From Macrostomum lignano (lineage: Eukaryota), in NCBI GenBank assembly GCA_002269645.1, contig NIVC01001050.1, positions 121,683 to 185,682 of the forward strand: a DNA stretch of 64,000 bases, written 5' to 3'. Both the position numbers and the translations under genes were made by a program. Each line of letters opens with the position of its first letter. Within the stretch, counting starts at the first letter, position 1. This document shows, in pieces, positions 1 through 12,943 of this stretch. A model generated the notes under the pieces. That model was not told where the DNA came from, made no database searches, and saw nothing but the letters and a program-made list of their open reading frames with translations.

Positions 1-845
1 CTTATTCTACATTATGATCCCAAATTTCTATTCTACATTATGATCCCAAATTCCTATTCTACATTATGATCCCAAATCCCTATTCTACATTATGATCCCA
101 AATTCTTATTCTACAATATGATCCCAAATTCCTATTCTACATTATGATCCCAAATTCCTATTCTACATTATGATCCCAAATTCCTATTCAACATTATGAT
201 CCCAAATCCCCGTTGTACATTATGATCCCAAATCCCCGTTGTACATTATGATCCCAAATCCCTGTTCTACATTATGATCCCAAATCCCTGTTCTACATTA
301 TGATCCCAAATCCCTATTCTACATTATGATCCCAAATCCCTATTCTACATTATGATCCCAAATCCCTATTCTACATTATGATCCCAAATTCTTATTTTAC
401 ATTATGATCCCAAATTCTTATTCTAAATTATGATCCCAAATTCCTATTCTACATTATGATCCCAAATTCCTATTCTACATTATGATCCCAAATCCATGTT
501 CTACATTATGATCCCAAATCCCCGTTGTACATTATGATCCCAAATCCCCGTTCTACATTATGATTCCAAATTCCTATTCTACATTATGATCCCAAATCCC
601 TGTTCTACATTATGATCCCAAATCCCCGTTCTACATTATGATCCCAAATCCCAATTCTACATTATAATCTAAAATCCCTATTCTACATTATGATCCCAAA
701 TCCCTGTTCTACATTATGATCCCAAATCCCTGTTCTACATTATAATCCCGAATCCCCGTTCTACATTCTAATCCCAAATCCCCATTCTATATTCCAATCC
801 CAAATCCTAAATCTACATTATAATCCCAAACCCCAATCCACTTCA
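1..845. repeat. 26-bp minisatellite (consensus ~CTATTCTACATTATGATCCCAAATCC), degenerating towards its right end; lies in adenylate cyclase intron 2
   Basis: ATG of the unit recurs at 14, 40, 66, 92 (period 26); roughly 30 copies. Confidence 0.95.
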
Positions 846-1569
846 TGATCCAAGAATTTATTAATTTAAATTGACTCACTCAGTCGGCACATCGAACTAT
901 CCAGTGTCACGATGTACTTTAAACGTAAAAGCCAACAAATAATTTGAAATCCAATCCATTCTGAGATGCAATGCCCAAATAACTGAAAAAAGATTTCTCT
1001 TTTTGTAGGAGACGAGATTTCGACGTCATATCAGCTGCGGACCGCTGGTCAGATCCCTTCTCCCATGAGACACGACGAAAATTGTCCCCAAAGTACCGCT
1101 GCACCAGACTCTCAGCTGCATCATTGCGAACTCAAAATCTAGAGAGACAGATTCTATCCCCTGTCTGATTAGGAGGAAACAGATTTATCCTCATTTGTAA
1201 AGTGCAACCCCCTTGGAGACGAAATGTACTTTTAGACACATCGGTTCCTCATCAATCCCTTACTAGCTTGCTCCCGTTCAATCAATCTTGCACTCCCACT
1301 GGGGGATGAGAAAATCCCCTTTTTCTTTAGGGAAAAAAGTTTGAAAGTCTGACTTAACAGCCGAATTTTTGTCACCTTTATTTGCTCTATGCTTTCTGCT
1401 GCTTTTTCTGGCTGTACTCTTGTAGGAGAAACAATTAATGCTGTTTATAAGAGATACAAGATAATCCCATTATTGATAAAGTTTATGGAATAGCGTATAG
1501 TGTAATAATTCCCATTTCCAGATCCCCAAGATTCCCGATTCTATAATTTTAATGTCTAGATCCTCAAAT

Positions 1570-1897
1570 TCATAATCCCTATAATCAAGTCCTAAATTTC
1601 ATAATTCCCATAGCCAGATCCCCAATTTCATAATTCCCATATCCAAATCCCCAATTTCATAATTCCCATATCCAAATCCCCAATTTCATAATTCCCATTT
1701 CCAAATACCAAATTTCATAATTCCCATATCCAAATCCCAAATTTCATAATTCCCATATCCAAATCCTCATTTTCATAATTCCCATATCCAAATCCCCAAT
1801 TTCGTAATTCCCAAATCCAAATTCCCAATTTCACGATTCCCATATCCAAATCCCCAATTTCACAATTCCCATATCCAAATCCCCAATTCCATAATTC
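1570..1897. repeat. 29-bp minisatellite (CCCCAATTTCATAATTCCCATATCCAAAT)
   Basis: AATTTCATAATTCCC recurs at 1624 and 1653 etc.; about 10 copies ending ~20 nt from the exon-2 donor. Confidence 0.9.
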
Positions 1898-1916
1898 TGC
1901 CTAGCAACTAGCTCAC

Positions 1917-2066
1917 CAGCTTGTAGGTCTCGTCCTCCAACTGCAGCTGATTGGCGATGCAGGCCTTGGTTTCCAGGAAACTGCGGCGCAACAGGCTGTC
2001 GCGAAAGCGCTGCAAACAGGCGCCACCCAGATTGGCGCAGAGCAGCACAAGTGATGAGGCGATCAG
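1917..2066 (-). CDS. Transmembrane adenylate cyclase, coding exon 2 (end of first TM cluster, start of C1a linker)
   Basis: ttccag acceptor and gtgagc donor on minus strand; 150 nt, phase 0/0; translates LIASSLVLLCANLGGACLQRFRDSLLRRSFLETKACIANQLQLEDETYKL, matching the AC motif 'qafleTr.Ci..rl.le.e' that precedes ERLLLSVLP; not in the ORF track. Confidence 0.85.
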
Positions 2067-2229
2067 CTGGAAAATTGGAAAAGAAAAAGTGATGTTGTTG
2101 TTGACTCTTGCTGGAGAAATTTAGGGATATTATCAGGGTTGATATTCTATGGGTGAGATTCGCTGAATTGAGGCTCTGTGGGGGTGAGACGCTGAGAAGT
2201 CAATCAAACTCTAAGCGGTTGAGATTCCG

Positions 2230-3420
2230 ATTGGTAAGATTTGACGGGTAAGAATCTGAGGGATGAGAATCTAGACGGTGAGATTCTAAGAATTTAAGGT
2301 TTGAGATTCTGAAGTGTAACATTTCGAGGGGTGAGATTCTGAGAGGTTGAATTCTGAGGGATGAGATTCTGAATTATGAGATTCTGAATTGTTAGATTCT
2401 GAAGGGTGAGATTATGAAGGGTGAGATTCCTAAGGGTGAGATTCCTAAGGGTGAGATTCCTAAGGGTGAGATTATGAAGGGTGAGATTCCTAAGGGTGGG
2501 ATTCCTAAGGGTGGGATTCCTAAGGGTGAGATTCCTAAGGGTGAGATTATGAAGGGTGACATTCCTAAGGGTGGGATTCCTAAGGGTGAGATTCTGAAGG
2601 GTGAGATTCCTAAGGGTGAGATTATGAAGGGTGAGATTCCTAAGGGTGAGATTCCTAAGGGTGAGATTCCTAGGGTGAGATTCCTAAGGGTGAGATTATG
2701 AAGGGTGAGATTCCTAAGGGTGGGATTCCTAAGGGTGAGATTCCTAAGGGTGAGATTATGAAGGGTGACATTCCTAAGGGTGGGATTCCTAAGGGTGAGA
2801 TTATGAAGGGTGAGATTCCTAAGGGTGGGATTCCTAAGGGTGAGATTCCTAAGGGTGGGATTATGAAGGGTGACATTCCTAAGGGTGGGATTCCTAAGGG
2901 TGAGATTCTGAAGGGTGAGATTCCTAAGGGTGGGATTCCTAAGGGTGAGATTCCTAAGGGTGAGATTATGAAGGGTGACATTCCTAAGGGTGGGATTCCT
3001 AAGGGTGAGATTCTGAAGGGTGAGATTCCTAAGGGTGAGATTATGAAGGGTGAGATTCCTAAGGGTGAGATTCCTAAGGGTGAGATTATGAAGGGTGAGA
3101 TTCCTAAGGGTGGGTTTCCTAAGGGTGAGATTCCTAAGGGTGAGATTCTGAAGGCTGAGATTCTGAAGGGTGAGATTCTGAAGGGTGAGATTCTGAAGGG
3201 TGATATTTTGAATTGTGAGATTCTGAGTGATGTGATTCTTAAAGATAAGATCCTAGGGGTGAGATTCTGAGAGATGAGATTCTGAATTCTGAGATTCTGA
3301 GGGATGAGATTTCGAAAGTTGAGATTCTAGGGGTGAGATTCTGAGAGATGAGATTCTGAATTCTGAGATTCTGAGGGGTGAGATTCTGAAGGATAAAATT
3401 CTAGGGGCGAGATTCTGCGA
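2230..3420. repeat. 15-bp minisatellite (GAGATTCCTAAGGGT / GAGATTATGAAGGGT), homogeneous core ~2405-3130 with degenerate flanks
   Basis: Direct inspection; explains the spurious KGEIP-repeat ORFs. Confidence 0.95.
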
Positions 3421-4029
3421 GGTAAGATTCCAAAAATGAGTTTCCATCGGGGTGAGAGTCGAATGAAGAAGGATTTTAATTCTATTGAGTGAAACCCAGC
3501 GAAACGGCGGTGATTTATCAGACATGATTTTGTAAGGATTAAAACTTGAATCGAAATTTTATCAATTCGAGAATTTACATGTACTTTAAAAAGCCAATTT
3601 TAAAGAAATCACAAAGCTTTTGAGCATCGATGGGAGAAATGTAAGGCTGCTGGACCCAAAAACTCCCAGCCAACACGGAGGGATAAAAACAGAGATAGAG
3701 AGAGAAAACTCGAAAGTTTGCCTTCTGAGGTCACTGGCAAACCCCACTTGACCTGACCCTCGCTTCCACACAGCACAGCTCCCATCGGATCGATTTAGAC
3801 TGGGAAATTGGAGGGCCTCCATGATAATCGGTTTTCAAGTTTAATAGTCAGAGCATTGGAATAAGAGTTCAGTTGTCCTGGGTTACGTTTCTAAATTGCT
3901 CAAAGCATTCTCGTTCCCTGTGCAATCGGTTGGTACTTAGCCGCATAATTTGCCTCGGTGCTTTCCTGTCGACTATTCTGGCAAAATTCCCTTTTTTCTG
4001 ACGTGCTACTGTCTGTATAACTAGCAGGA

Positions 4030-4680
4030 TTCTCTGTCTAACAGGTGTCTATCTTCTGTCTAACAGGTGTCTAGCTTCCGTCTAACAGGTGTCTATCTTC
4101 TGTCTAACAGGTGTCTATCTTCTGTCTAACAGGTGTCTATCTTCTGTCTAACAGGTGTCTATCTTCTGTCTAACAGGTGTCTAGCTTCTGTCTAACAGGT
4201 GTATATCTTCTGTCTAACAGGTGCCTATTTTCTGTTTAACAGGTGTCTATCTTCTGTCTAACAGGTGTCTATCAAATAAGAAGGCATCTACATTTATCTA
4301 ACAGGTTGGTGTTTATCTTACAGGTAAGCATCTATCAAACAGTTTGATGTCTATCTAACAGGTAGGTGTCTATCGAAAAGGTAAGTGTTTATCTAACAGG
4401 TAAGCATCTATCAAACAGGTATATGCCTATCTAACAGGTAGATGTCTATCTAACAGGTAGGTGTCTATCTAACAGGTAGGTGTTTATCTAACAAGTAGGT
4501 GTCTATCTAACAGGTAGGTGTCTATCTATCAAGTAGGTGTTTATCTAACAGGTAGGTGTCTATCTAACAGGTAGGTGTTAATCTAACAGGTAGATGTCTA
4601 TCTAACAGGTAGGTGTCTATCTAACAGGTAGGTGTCTATCTATCAAGTAGGTGTTTATCTAACAGGTAGGTGTCTATCAA
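4030..4680. repeat. Compound minisatellite: 22-bp CTGTCTAACAGGTGTCTATCTT units grading into 19-bp TAACAGGTAGGTGTCTATC units
   Basis: Period 22 at 4082/4104; period 19 from ~4440. Confidence 0.9.
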
Positions 4681-5254
4681 ACACAGGGACCGCAGCACCA
4701 ACATACAGCGCAGGTCACCTGGTCAACCCACACTGTATATTACTGATTATTGATTTCGGAAACATCTAATTCTTTAACTTTATGCACGCCGTTCTTCAAA
4801 CTTCAGCCAGTCAGTTAATTCCTAGAAAGATATTTTATGCGCTCCGACTAGCAAATAGGAATGAACGGGACAGCTGTTGGATCTGCTACACCGGCTGGCA
4901 TATTGGTTGGCTGTTCGGTCTGAATCTATCAAATTTGCGCAGTTAAAGGCGAAGGGACTTCAAAGCAGCTCGCAAAGTCATGACTGAACCTCACATAGCC
5001 CCCACTAGAGACAGCTCTTGACGCAGGGGAAATCTTCCTCGTTTGTATTGCGCAGATACTCGTACGTCGTGAATGATTCGAAACCATTCTGAAACAGGTG
5101 ATGCTACGAGAAGTATTGACGGTTTGGACGATGCGGGCATTGTTAATCCCATAAGGGCTACGGGACGTGCAGGAAAACGCTGGTTTTTAAGAATTTTACC
5201 GACGGACCGAGTGCGTTAAATGTGAACTGTTGGCCTCATTCAGACCCTCGGAGA

Positions 5255-5535
5255 TCTACACATGAAGACACTCAGAGAGTCACCCATGAAGGCACTCAGA
5301 AAGTCACACATGAAGACACTCAGAGAGTCACCCATGAAGACATTCAGAAAGTTACCCACGAAGACACCCAGAGAGTTACCTATGAAGAAACTCAGAGAGT
5401 TACCCATGACGACACTCAGAGTTACCCATGAAGACACTCAGAGAGTCACCCATGACGACACTCAGAGAGTCACCCATGACGACACTCAGAGAGTCAACCA
5501 TGACGACACTCAGAGAGTTACTCACGAAGTCACCC
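5255..5535. repeat. 24-bp minisatellite (CATGAAGACACTCAGAGAGTCACC), ~11 copies
   Basis: Direct inspection; explains the THEDTQRV-repeat ORFs. Confidence 0.9.
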
Positions 5536-5641
5536 AAAGATGCGCCTCTGACGCTCATTTTGAGCACATTCTATGCTTTAGCACCTAGCGGCCATCTCTG
5601 GTCATTTCATTGGCCCGCTTCTAACAAAAGTCTGTACTCAC

Positions 5642-6577
5642 AGAAGTCCAGTAGCTCTCAGTGATATGCTTGCGAGCAACGCTGTCAGCTCTGCTTGGCT
5701 CCACAAGCTGCTGCCTCGTGAGCACAGCCGAGCACGCCAGGTAGCAAAGGCTCAGAACCGATCCGTAGAGCGCCGTGGCCAGCAGCTGACCAGGCAGCAG
5801 GCAGTAGACTGCGAACACCGCGAATGCCACCTGCCACAGCCCGTCGGCCATGGTAAAAATCTGCTGTTGCTGGACTGTTGAAGCGCTGACCCAGCTGACG
5901 GGGAAAGCCGTGGCAGCGATCAGGCTGACTAGGAGCAGCACCAAAGCGCAGCCGGTGGACGTGTGCTCGGGCCGCATCAACCGGCTGTGTAGGAACACCG
6001 CGGCAAACAGGAACGCCGAGGCGGAGGCGACGTACACTGCGGCTTTGTAGGAAAACCGGTGACCGAATGCGTAGTCGATTGACGTCAGCGCCAGCAGCAG
6101 GCAGACGTAGGTCAGCAGGAAGCGGCTTAGCATGGCCCGCTCCAGTCGGAAAGCGTACTTCCGGTACAAACGTTCGACGCTCCAGTCGACGAAAGCGTCG
6201 CTGTTGCAGAAGCGGCACAGGCGCATCCGGAGTCGGCGCCAACGGGAGCGACCGCCGCCGCGGCCGCCCTCGCCAGCGTCGGACATTGTCGACGAGGCGG
6301 CGTCGGCGTACGAAGCCAAGTCGGTGTTCAACTCGGCGAAGAAGTGCGGCGCGAGCAGCTTCCGGTCGGAGCGATCGCTGCACGGCAACGGCTGCTGATG
6401 GTGGTGATGCAGGTGACTGCGAGGCGGGTCCGTGTCGATCAGAGAATGCTGGTTGCTGCCGCTGCCGAGGCTAACTGAAGCCGCCGCAGTCACCGGGGGT
6501 GTGCCGTTAGCGCATTGCGCGCCGCCTCCTCCGGCTAGGAGACTTTGATAGCCGTTGCAGTGCGAGTGGGAGCTCAT
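5642..6577 (-). CDS. Transmembrane adenylate cyclase (ADCY family), coding exon 1: low-complexity N-terminus, AC_N motif and first TM cluster
   Basis: FVDWSVERLYRKYAFRLERAML resembles the AC 'F...LERLYQRYFF' motif; DGLWQVAFAVFAVYCLLP resembles the AC TM motif 'DGIWW.VFFIY.IY.LLP'; donor TCT|gtgagt at 5641, phase 0, joins in frame to the exon at 1917-2066. Rest of gene is outside the window; subtype not assigned. Confidence 0.85.
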
Positions 6578-8429
6578 TTCTGCCTGCCCAATGGCCCCGA
6601 ATTGGGAACTGATGCCTGTCTCTCTCTGGTCTCGTGCGCGGGGAAGTTACCGTTGTTTATATTGCCTTACTTGGTTAGCTTTTGCAGAACGTTTTTATGA
6701 CGGATAGTCCACGTGACTCATTTCAGTAGGACAGAGGGGAGAGGGGAAGGCGGTGACCGACGGGACAAAGACTGGAGAATCAAACTATTGGGTGATTGTT
6801 AGCTCTTGTAAAAGTGGGAAGAAGTGTCTGAGGACAAAGGCTTTATAGTTATACTGGGGTGGGTTGTAACAGAATAAGGGAAGCCTATGAATATATAGCG
6901 ATGATTAACAGAAGTTTAAAGCCAAGCTCACTAGCTGACTTGCCGCTTTCTGAGACCGATATTAGCAGTGCGACACTTTGCACCTCCTTTCTCTGCTTGG
7001 CCTTGCCTCTCTTCGTATTGTTCGATCTTCTTCTTTATTTTTACTTTCTATTTTCCTGGGCTGCAATATTCCAGTGCGAAACGTAGCACCAGAAACCCCT
7101 CGAAGAAGCTAAAGCAGAGGAGGGCTTCTTTTTTGCTTTTCTCTTCTGGGCTGCTTTCTTCTTCTGTCTGTCTCTCTGTCTGCGTCTGAGGCTTTTGCGG
7201 TTGGCCCGCGAGGGGTCTTGCTTGTGGCTCGCGCGAGAGGCAGAGGAGGGAGAGAGGGAGAGCCGGCCAAAGCAGAAATATTTGGGGTCTGGTTGGCGGT
7301 TGCCGGCTTATGCAGTAGGGAAGGAGGAGGACGAGTGAGGCCTGGTGGGGCCGCTCTAATTTAGGGATAGAGCGAAGCCCGAGTGGAGGCCAGAATTGAA
7401 TCAAGTCGAATATCCAACGGTCGGTCGCCGCCTCCACCCCCCAGCTACGTATTTTGCGCGTACGATCACGGTACTGCCGCCCCCGCTTCTGTCCCCTCCA
7501 TGCCTCCCCTCCCTCTTCCCCTCCTCTTCCCGCCGCTTGACTCCAAACGCTAAACTGACACTTCAGACACGAGCATTGCGCCATTTTACGAGCCTTATAA
7601 TCCCAAATGCGAATCCTAACTGGATGGATAAATTCTGTCGCTGCTGTGCTGCATCGCTGTGTAAAAGCCGTCCTCCTTGACTTGCTCCCCCCCCCCAACC
7701 TAACAACCTCCCCAAATCGGGCCTTTCGAAATCGGAGGCGGCTTCATTCTATCCCCAGCCATTTCCACCGCTTCAGCTGTTCGCTGCAGCCATGAACGAT
7801 CGTATTATGCACAATATTATATTCGTACTTGCAAGCACAATCGATTCTAAACGGTATAATGGCCGACTAGATAGCACACACGGACACGTAGAGGCGTCGG
7901 AAACTTTTGCAACTGTTGTGGGAACTTTTGCAGCTCTTTCACTATCACTTTGCCGCAGCAGCAGTACAAATTCATGTACGCGGTGTACAACGTTAATAAT
8001 TTTCTATTATACATTCCATGCACATCTGGATCTTCCATGCAATTTGTGAATTCGAGCAGCGTGATGTTTGTTCCCAAGATGTGCGCCAAGGACCACTAGA
8101 AGTTCTTGTCACTGAAGGACCAAGGAACACTGGCCTACGGTCAGCACTGTATGTGTTACATGTACATGTACATGTATCTTGCACTGAAAATCTTTAGCAT
8201 TCTACTCGTACTGTTGTTTCCTGTGCAGCATTCCGAAGTAGTAGTCTGACGATAAATACATGTACATGTACGATTACGAGTATATCAAAAGCAAAAGCAT
8301 TGGCCATACATGTAACTGTACCGCCGACGTCGGATGGCTGTTCGGGCCGAAATGATTTGTAATTAAATTAACATAGAGTAACCCTTGCGATTTAATAAAA
8401 TAATAGTATATTACACCTGCCCTACCAAA

Positions 8430-8660
8430 TTGGGCCAGATATGCTCAGCCGCAGCTATTATGCGTAAGCGCATTTGAAGGCTGCGTCGGCTGTTCAGTCC
8501 AAGGACTGGGGGGGGGGGTCGCTATACACACCCTCAATTACCCCAGGTACTCATTTTACAACTGGGTGAACTGAAGCAATGCAGAGTTACATGTACATGT
8601 ACGTGTCTTGCTCAAGGCCACAAGTTGTTCAAGTGGGTCGAGAATCGAAACACCTTAATT
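8430..8660 (-). mobile_element. tRNA-derived SINE, family 2 (degenerate copy; related to 30670-30927)
   Basis: Shares GCTCAGCCGCAGCTATT, GGCTGTTCAGTCCAAGGACTGGGG, ACACCCTCAATTA, GGTGAACT.AAGCAATGC and AGTGGGTC.AGAATCGAA with the 30.7-kb copy. Confidence 0.7.
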
Positions 8661-9458
8661 GCTTTGCAATTTAGAATGTACATATGTACATTGCAATGCA
8701 TGTACATGTACATAATATCTAATCTACTTGTTACATGTACATCGTGTACATGCATATAAATTAAACACATGTACAGTGTATCATGCATTTAAATACAGCA
8801 AAATCGAAAACATGTACATGATGTAGCTTCCTAGGAAAGAGACAAGTTAAGTTGTATAAAATTTGTGTATTTTTTATTAAAAATGTTATGTTAAGTCAAA
8901 AGATGGTTCTGTTTCATCCACCCTCTATGCGAATGACTAAATTTGTGCACCTGTATAGACTTCGAATAAAATTCTGCTTGCTGCACCCCCCGGCTGCAGA
9001 CCATACATGTACGTACGTGTACACATGTACATGTACGTACGCAAAGCGCGCATATAAATCAACTTTTCTGCTTCAATATTGATTACGTGTCTATGAATAA
9101 AATCGCAAAAGGAGTTATTTTTAAATGCGGGATCAGGGGGACAATATTTTGTCTATTTTTGTCTAGGTTACAATAAAGGACGAGGGAGATTTATCAAGTT
9201 TCCTGCAGGCTACCTTTTTGAAAAAATCGAGCCATCATACAGTATTTTTGACTGGAACTTTACAATGAGAATTAAGCGTAAAGTCTTGTACTCGTGTTAA
9301 AAACGGATAGTAAGCTGACTCCATATTACACTATAGTTACTGTTACTGCACATTTAAATGAAGTATTGACAGACCTTTTATAACTAAAGGCTACTTGACC
9401 AACATTTTTAGGACTGACCTCTGTTTCTAAAATTCATCTCAAAGTTCTTAAAAACAAT

Positions 9459-9630
9459 CAGTGGCGGATTTAGGGGGGAGGCGCACAGGGCGCCCCCCGA
9501 CGATTTATAATTTTTTAAATTTTTAATAAGGAAAATACACATTATCGCGTACATATACATGTACATAATATACATATACATGTACTTAGTATCTGCGCCC
9601 CCCGTTCAAAATTTTCTGGATCCGTACCTG
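9459..9630. mobile_element. Short hAT-type MITE
   Basis: Imperfect TIRs CAGTGGCGGATT...GGATCCGTACCTG; 8-bp flanks AAAACAAT / AAAACGAT (7/8) fit a hAT-size target-site duplication. Confidence 0.65.
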
Positions 9631-11061
9631 AAAACGATAACTGCAATCTGCGCGAATAAACTTGTATTTGCCACTTAGGCCACGGTAACTGTTAAATAGC
9701 TCGTTATATTACGAATGGGTTTCTTCCGCGACATAGCGTCGAGCACAAGTTTAACTTGAAAATTCTAGTAGATTTTATTTGGCTCTTGGCCTGCCCCATC
9801 GCTTCAAGTAATCATATTTAAAATCGCACAGGCATTAAATAGATAGATAAAATAAAATTTAACACCCGTTTTGTCAATGTTTCTACGAGTGTATATTTAA
9901 AAAGTCTGTTAAATCAAAATATATTTACTGTACCTTTCAGCTTCATATAATTCACTTTTGAAAATTCGACAGTTGTGATAGTTTTCCTTTTGTACAATAT
10001 TATACTTAAGTAAGATACGTAAAGCCAAAAAATGAATTCTATCTCAATTGTAAGACTCCAATCATAGGACGAATATTTAACTAATTAAATAGCGAACAAA
10101 ACCTGTGCTTTAAGCTCTAGATTTCTAATTAATGTTTTTTGTTTCTTTTGTCCTAAGACAAGACAGACAGTGACAGTCTTACCTTTGGACAGAGAAACAA
10201 AAAATATTTTACTTCATCAAAACAGATCTAGGCTCCTCTAGATATTTTTTGTGTTTTCTAATTTATTATTATCATCATAGAATCGTTAAATGTAAGCCTT
10301 TCCTAAACATTATATAAATATTTCTTAAAAATATTTCAATAATACAGTTTATACTTTTATTTGTTTGCATTTATATTGACTTAGTTTTGACTTCGAATTA
10401 GTTTTATTTTGCTGCATAATTCAATTTTTGAAGTGCATTACTATCCTAGTATTTCAAAAATAAAATTAAACTGCTTGCTAATTCATTGTGATAATTTAAT
10501 AGACAAGACTAAAATACATTATATCTAAGGTAAAGAGGATTAATGTAAATGTCTAAGCGAGAATTTCACAGTTATAGTTCAATCAACTGAAAACAAAACC
10601 ATTGATTTTAATGTAAATATAAAATAGTCAGCTAACTTTATTGCGTGCATTAATCTATGAAAATTAACTACTCTCTATAACATTTTTGTCTCCTTTCAAT
10701 TCCTGCTTTTAAACGGCGGTTTTCTACATAGCAATATTAAAAGTAGCTACGCTTGGTCGCAATGCAAGTTGATCAAAACCTACTGGTCGAAAGTGACCGC
10801 ATTATATCATCGTATCCATTGGTTAGAGCTTTTCATATGCTAATTGTCAAGCAATCAATTAAGCCTGCGCTCATATTTATCACTCAAGTTTCACCCGTTA
10901 AAAAACTTTTAGCCTCAGCTGGCAGAGTTCACACCATATAAGGATGCCGACTTTCACCCAGTTGTAAAATCCACTTGCGCGACAAGACGCGGATCAACTA
11001 CTAGGTAAACACCATTGTGTGTACATATTATTCAGCTGAGGAATTACTCAAACTGGGATGT

Positions 11062-11405
11062 GGGCCGCAGCCCAGTGGTCCATCGCGGCGCTCTGATGTG
11101 CCAGCGGCCCGGGCTCGATTCCAAGTGCAGTCACGTTATTTTGGGCTGAATTGGAATCTCGGCTTGGCTCTGCTCGTGCAATTAACGCCATTGAAGGCCA
11201 GACCCCAAGGCGCAGTGAAGTGTACATGCCTAACGATAAATAAAATTAGGGCCGCTGTACACTCCTGCGTGAGTGAGTGCCTGTGCGTATGACTGCGTAC
11301 GTATCCGCGCGCTTGTGTGCCTGCTCAGGGGAGTCGGCGGAATGGGCAGTAATGCCTCTCGCCGATTGTGCAACAAGGTAGCTTGAGTGTTTAAGTGTCC
11401 ACACA
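11062..11405 (+). mobile_element. tRNA-derived SINE, family 1
   Basis: tRNA-like head with A box (GCAGCCCAGTGG) and B box (GGGCTCGATTCC); ~300 nt alignable to the inverted copy at 25462-25825. Confidence 0.8.
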
Positions 11406-12034
11406 GCCCTTTGACTCTTAAACATTGTGCTAATTTTACAAAGCATTTTCTGATGTCAGATAACCGGAGCGTGTAAAATGACTCATTGGAGGTGGGACAT
11501 GTACAGCAATTGGTACAGTACGCTCAAACCATGCAACCAGTTGATATGATAGGCGCACCACACACTACTACTGTTCTAATGAACAAGTAGCCAGGCACAG
11601 ACACACCACTCTGCATGTACCACACTGCCTAATCGCATAAAATTTTGTTTCTTGCCTGACGCGTTACAGTCACATAGGCTAAGCTGCAAAGTTAAGGGCT
11701 GGGGTTTTCTCAATCGCCTAAAATATACAATTTAGGCATCACCCACATAGCCCACTAGCCCACTGCTACCTTCAGTCAGATATCTGACAATGGAGTATTG
11801 AAAATTGATCCAGCATAAAAGATGCACCAGCTAAATATTTCTCATTTCATCGCGCTACAAGCTGTTGTAAAATTTGCCTTTCTCTTTAACTGTCAATGCT
11901 GGATAGTTGCCAGCCTCTCGTTGGCTATAAGAGAAGTAAAAAAATCAATAAAAACCAGCTGCATTTAACTGCGACATCTATCTGGATATTTGACAGTCAA
12001 CAAGGAGTGCCACAGTGGAGCTTCCAAACTGAAG

Positions 12035-12943
12035 ATGCTGTTGCAGCAAAGTCGCATTGTTCTCACAATAGTTCTGGTTGTGGCGGCCCATGCGGTCCTA
12101 ACTGCCGCATCAGCTCACTGTCTCAAATACCGTCGGTACTCGTTCAAACCGATTTGCCTGGACCCCGCGAAGTCCCTAAAGACTGCGAACGAAATTGACT
12201 GCGCAATCGCCTCGTCCATGCTAGACGCCGGGATCAGTATTGCTGTGACGTCATCAAATGGAGATCCGTGCCGGGTGACCGACGCCCTATGCCCTCGCTA
12301 CGAACTGTGCTTCACTGACTGTGCCGTGCTTATGCCAGTCAGCATGGTGAACACCCTTGAGCATCTTGTCATGAGCGTGAAGAGCGGCTGCGGTCACAAA
12401 GTGTTGAAGGTGCTGACAAACCCTGACCCGCCGCAACCTGACTACGTGATTCAACCGGCTCATCCGGATGCCGCCATTCTACCGGACACCTTCCGTTCCG
12501 CTCTTCTGGACGACATTCCGCGCTTGATCTCCAGCCTGACCCACAAGCAGTTCATCGTGCAGCTGTACAAGAACTCAGAAGTCGTAGTCAGACTCGTATT
12601 CGACGTTGGGACGAATTCTGCCAGCGTTGACATCACGAACTGGTTCGCTAAAAACAGACTCAGCGAGTCCTGGCCAATTACCGATATCGCTTCTCGGGAC
12701 ACCAACAAGTTTAGCATTGCCGGAGACAACAGTGAGCAGGTCAGCAGACATTTTTTTATCAACTACTTTTACGGCCACTGCCCCGGCGACACTGGATTCG
12801 TGGCTGTACTGGATATGTCTGACGGCTGCAGTCACTGGAGCTTCACTGACCCTATTCCGAAGATTGTCTACAATACTAAGCCTGACCAGCCGTGGTCAAC
12901 GAGCTCAATGTATGCCGACTACATCGCTGTGCTGGTGCGCTGA
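12035..12943 (+). CDS. Intronless gene, putative secreted 302-aa protein; Cys-rich N-terminal region plus a C-terminal domain of unknown function
   Basis: Uninterrupted ORF with GC-rich codon usage; first ATG at 12035 followed by hydrophobic signal-like IVLTIVLVVAAHAVLTAASA; C-terminal motif string VQLYKN..V..FD....NWF...RL..SW..DI....FSIAGD...RHFFIN.FYG.CPGD.G that I recall from uncharacterised marine-invertebrate proteins (recall, not a database result). Confidence 0.75.
   Translation: MLLQQSRIVLTIVLVVAAHAVLTAASAHCLKYRRYSFKPICLDPAKSLKTANEIDCAIASSMLDAGISIAVTSSNGDPCRVTDALCPRYELCFTDCAVLMPVSMVNTLEHLVMSVKSGCGHKVLKVLTNPDPPQPDYVIQPAHPDAAILPDTFRSALLDDIPRLISSLTHKQFIVQLYKNSEVVVRLVFDVGTNSASVDITNWFAKNRLSESWPITDIASRDTNKFSIAGDNSEQVSRHFFINYFYGHCPGDTGFVAVLDMSDGCSHWSFTDPIPKIVYNTKPDQPWSTSSMYADYIAVLVR

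Noticed and set aside
2414-3270. KGEIP-repeat ORFs resembling collagen or pentapeptide-repeat proteins
   Set aside because: Translation of a 15-bp minisatellite inside the adenylate cyclase intron; open on both strands
7048-7698. 216-aa minus-strand ORF upstream of the adenylate cyclase
   Set aside because: Low-complexity GC-rich sequence with no recognisable motif; more likely 5' UTR/promoter
7792-7830. MNDRIM... as the missing Rab first exon
   Set aside because: Only a 3-residue resemblance to Rab34/36 N-termini and a weak donor
11062-11135. tRNA genes at 11062, 25750-25825 and 30860-30927; weaker tRNA-like heads at ~18740-18800 and ~58355-58430
   Set aside because: A/B boxes are present, but no complete cloverleaf is evident and the heads continue into shared SINE bodies
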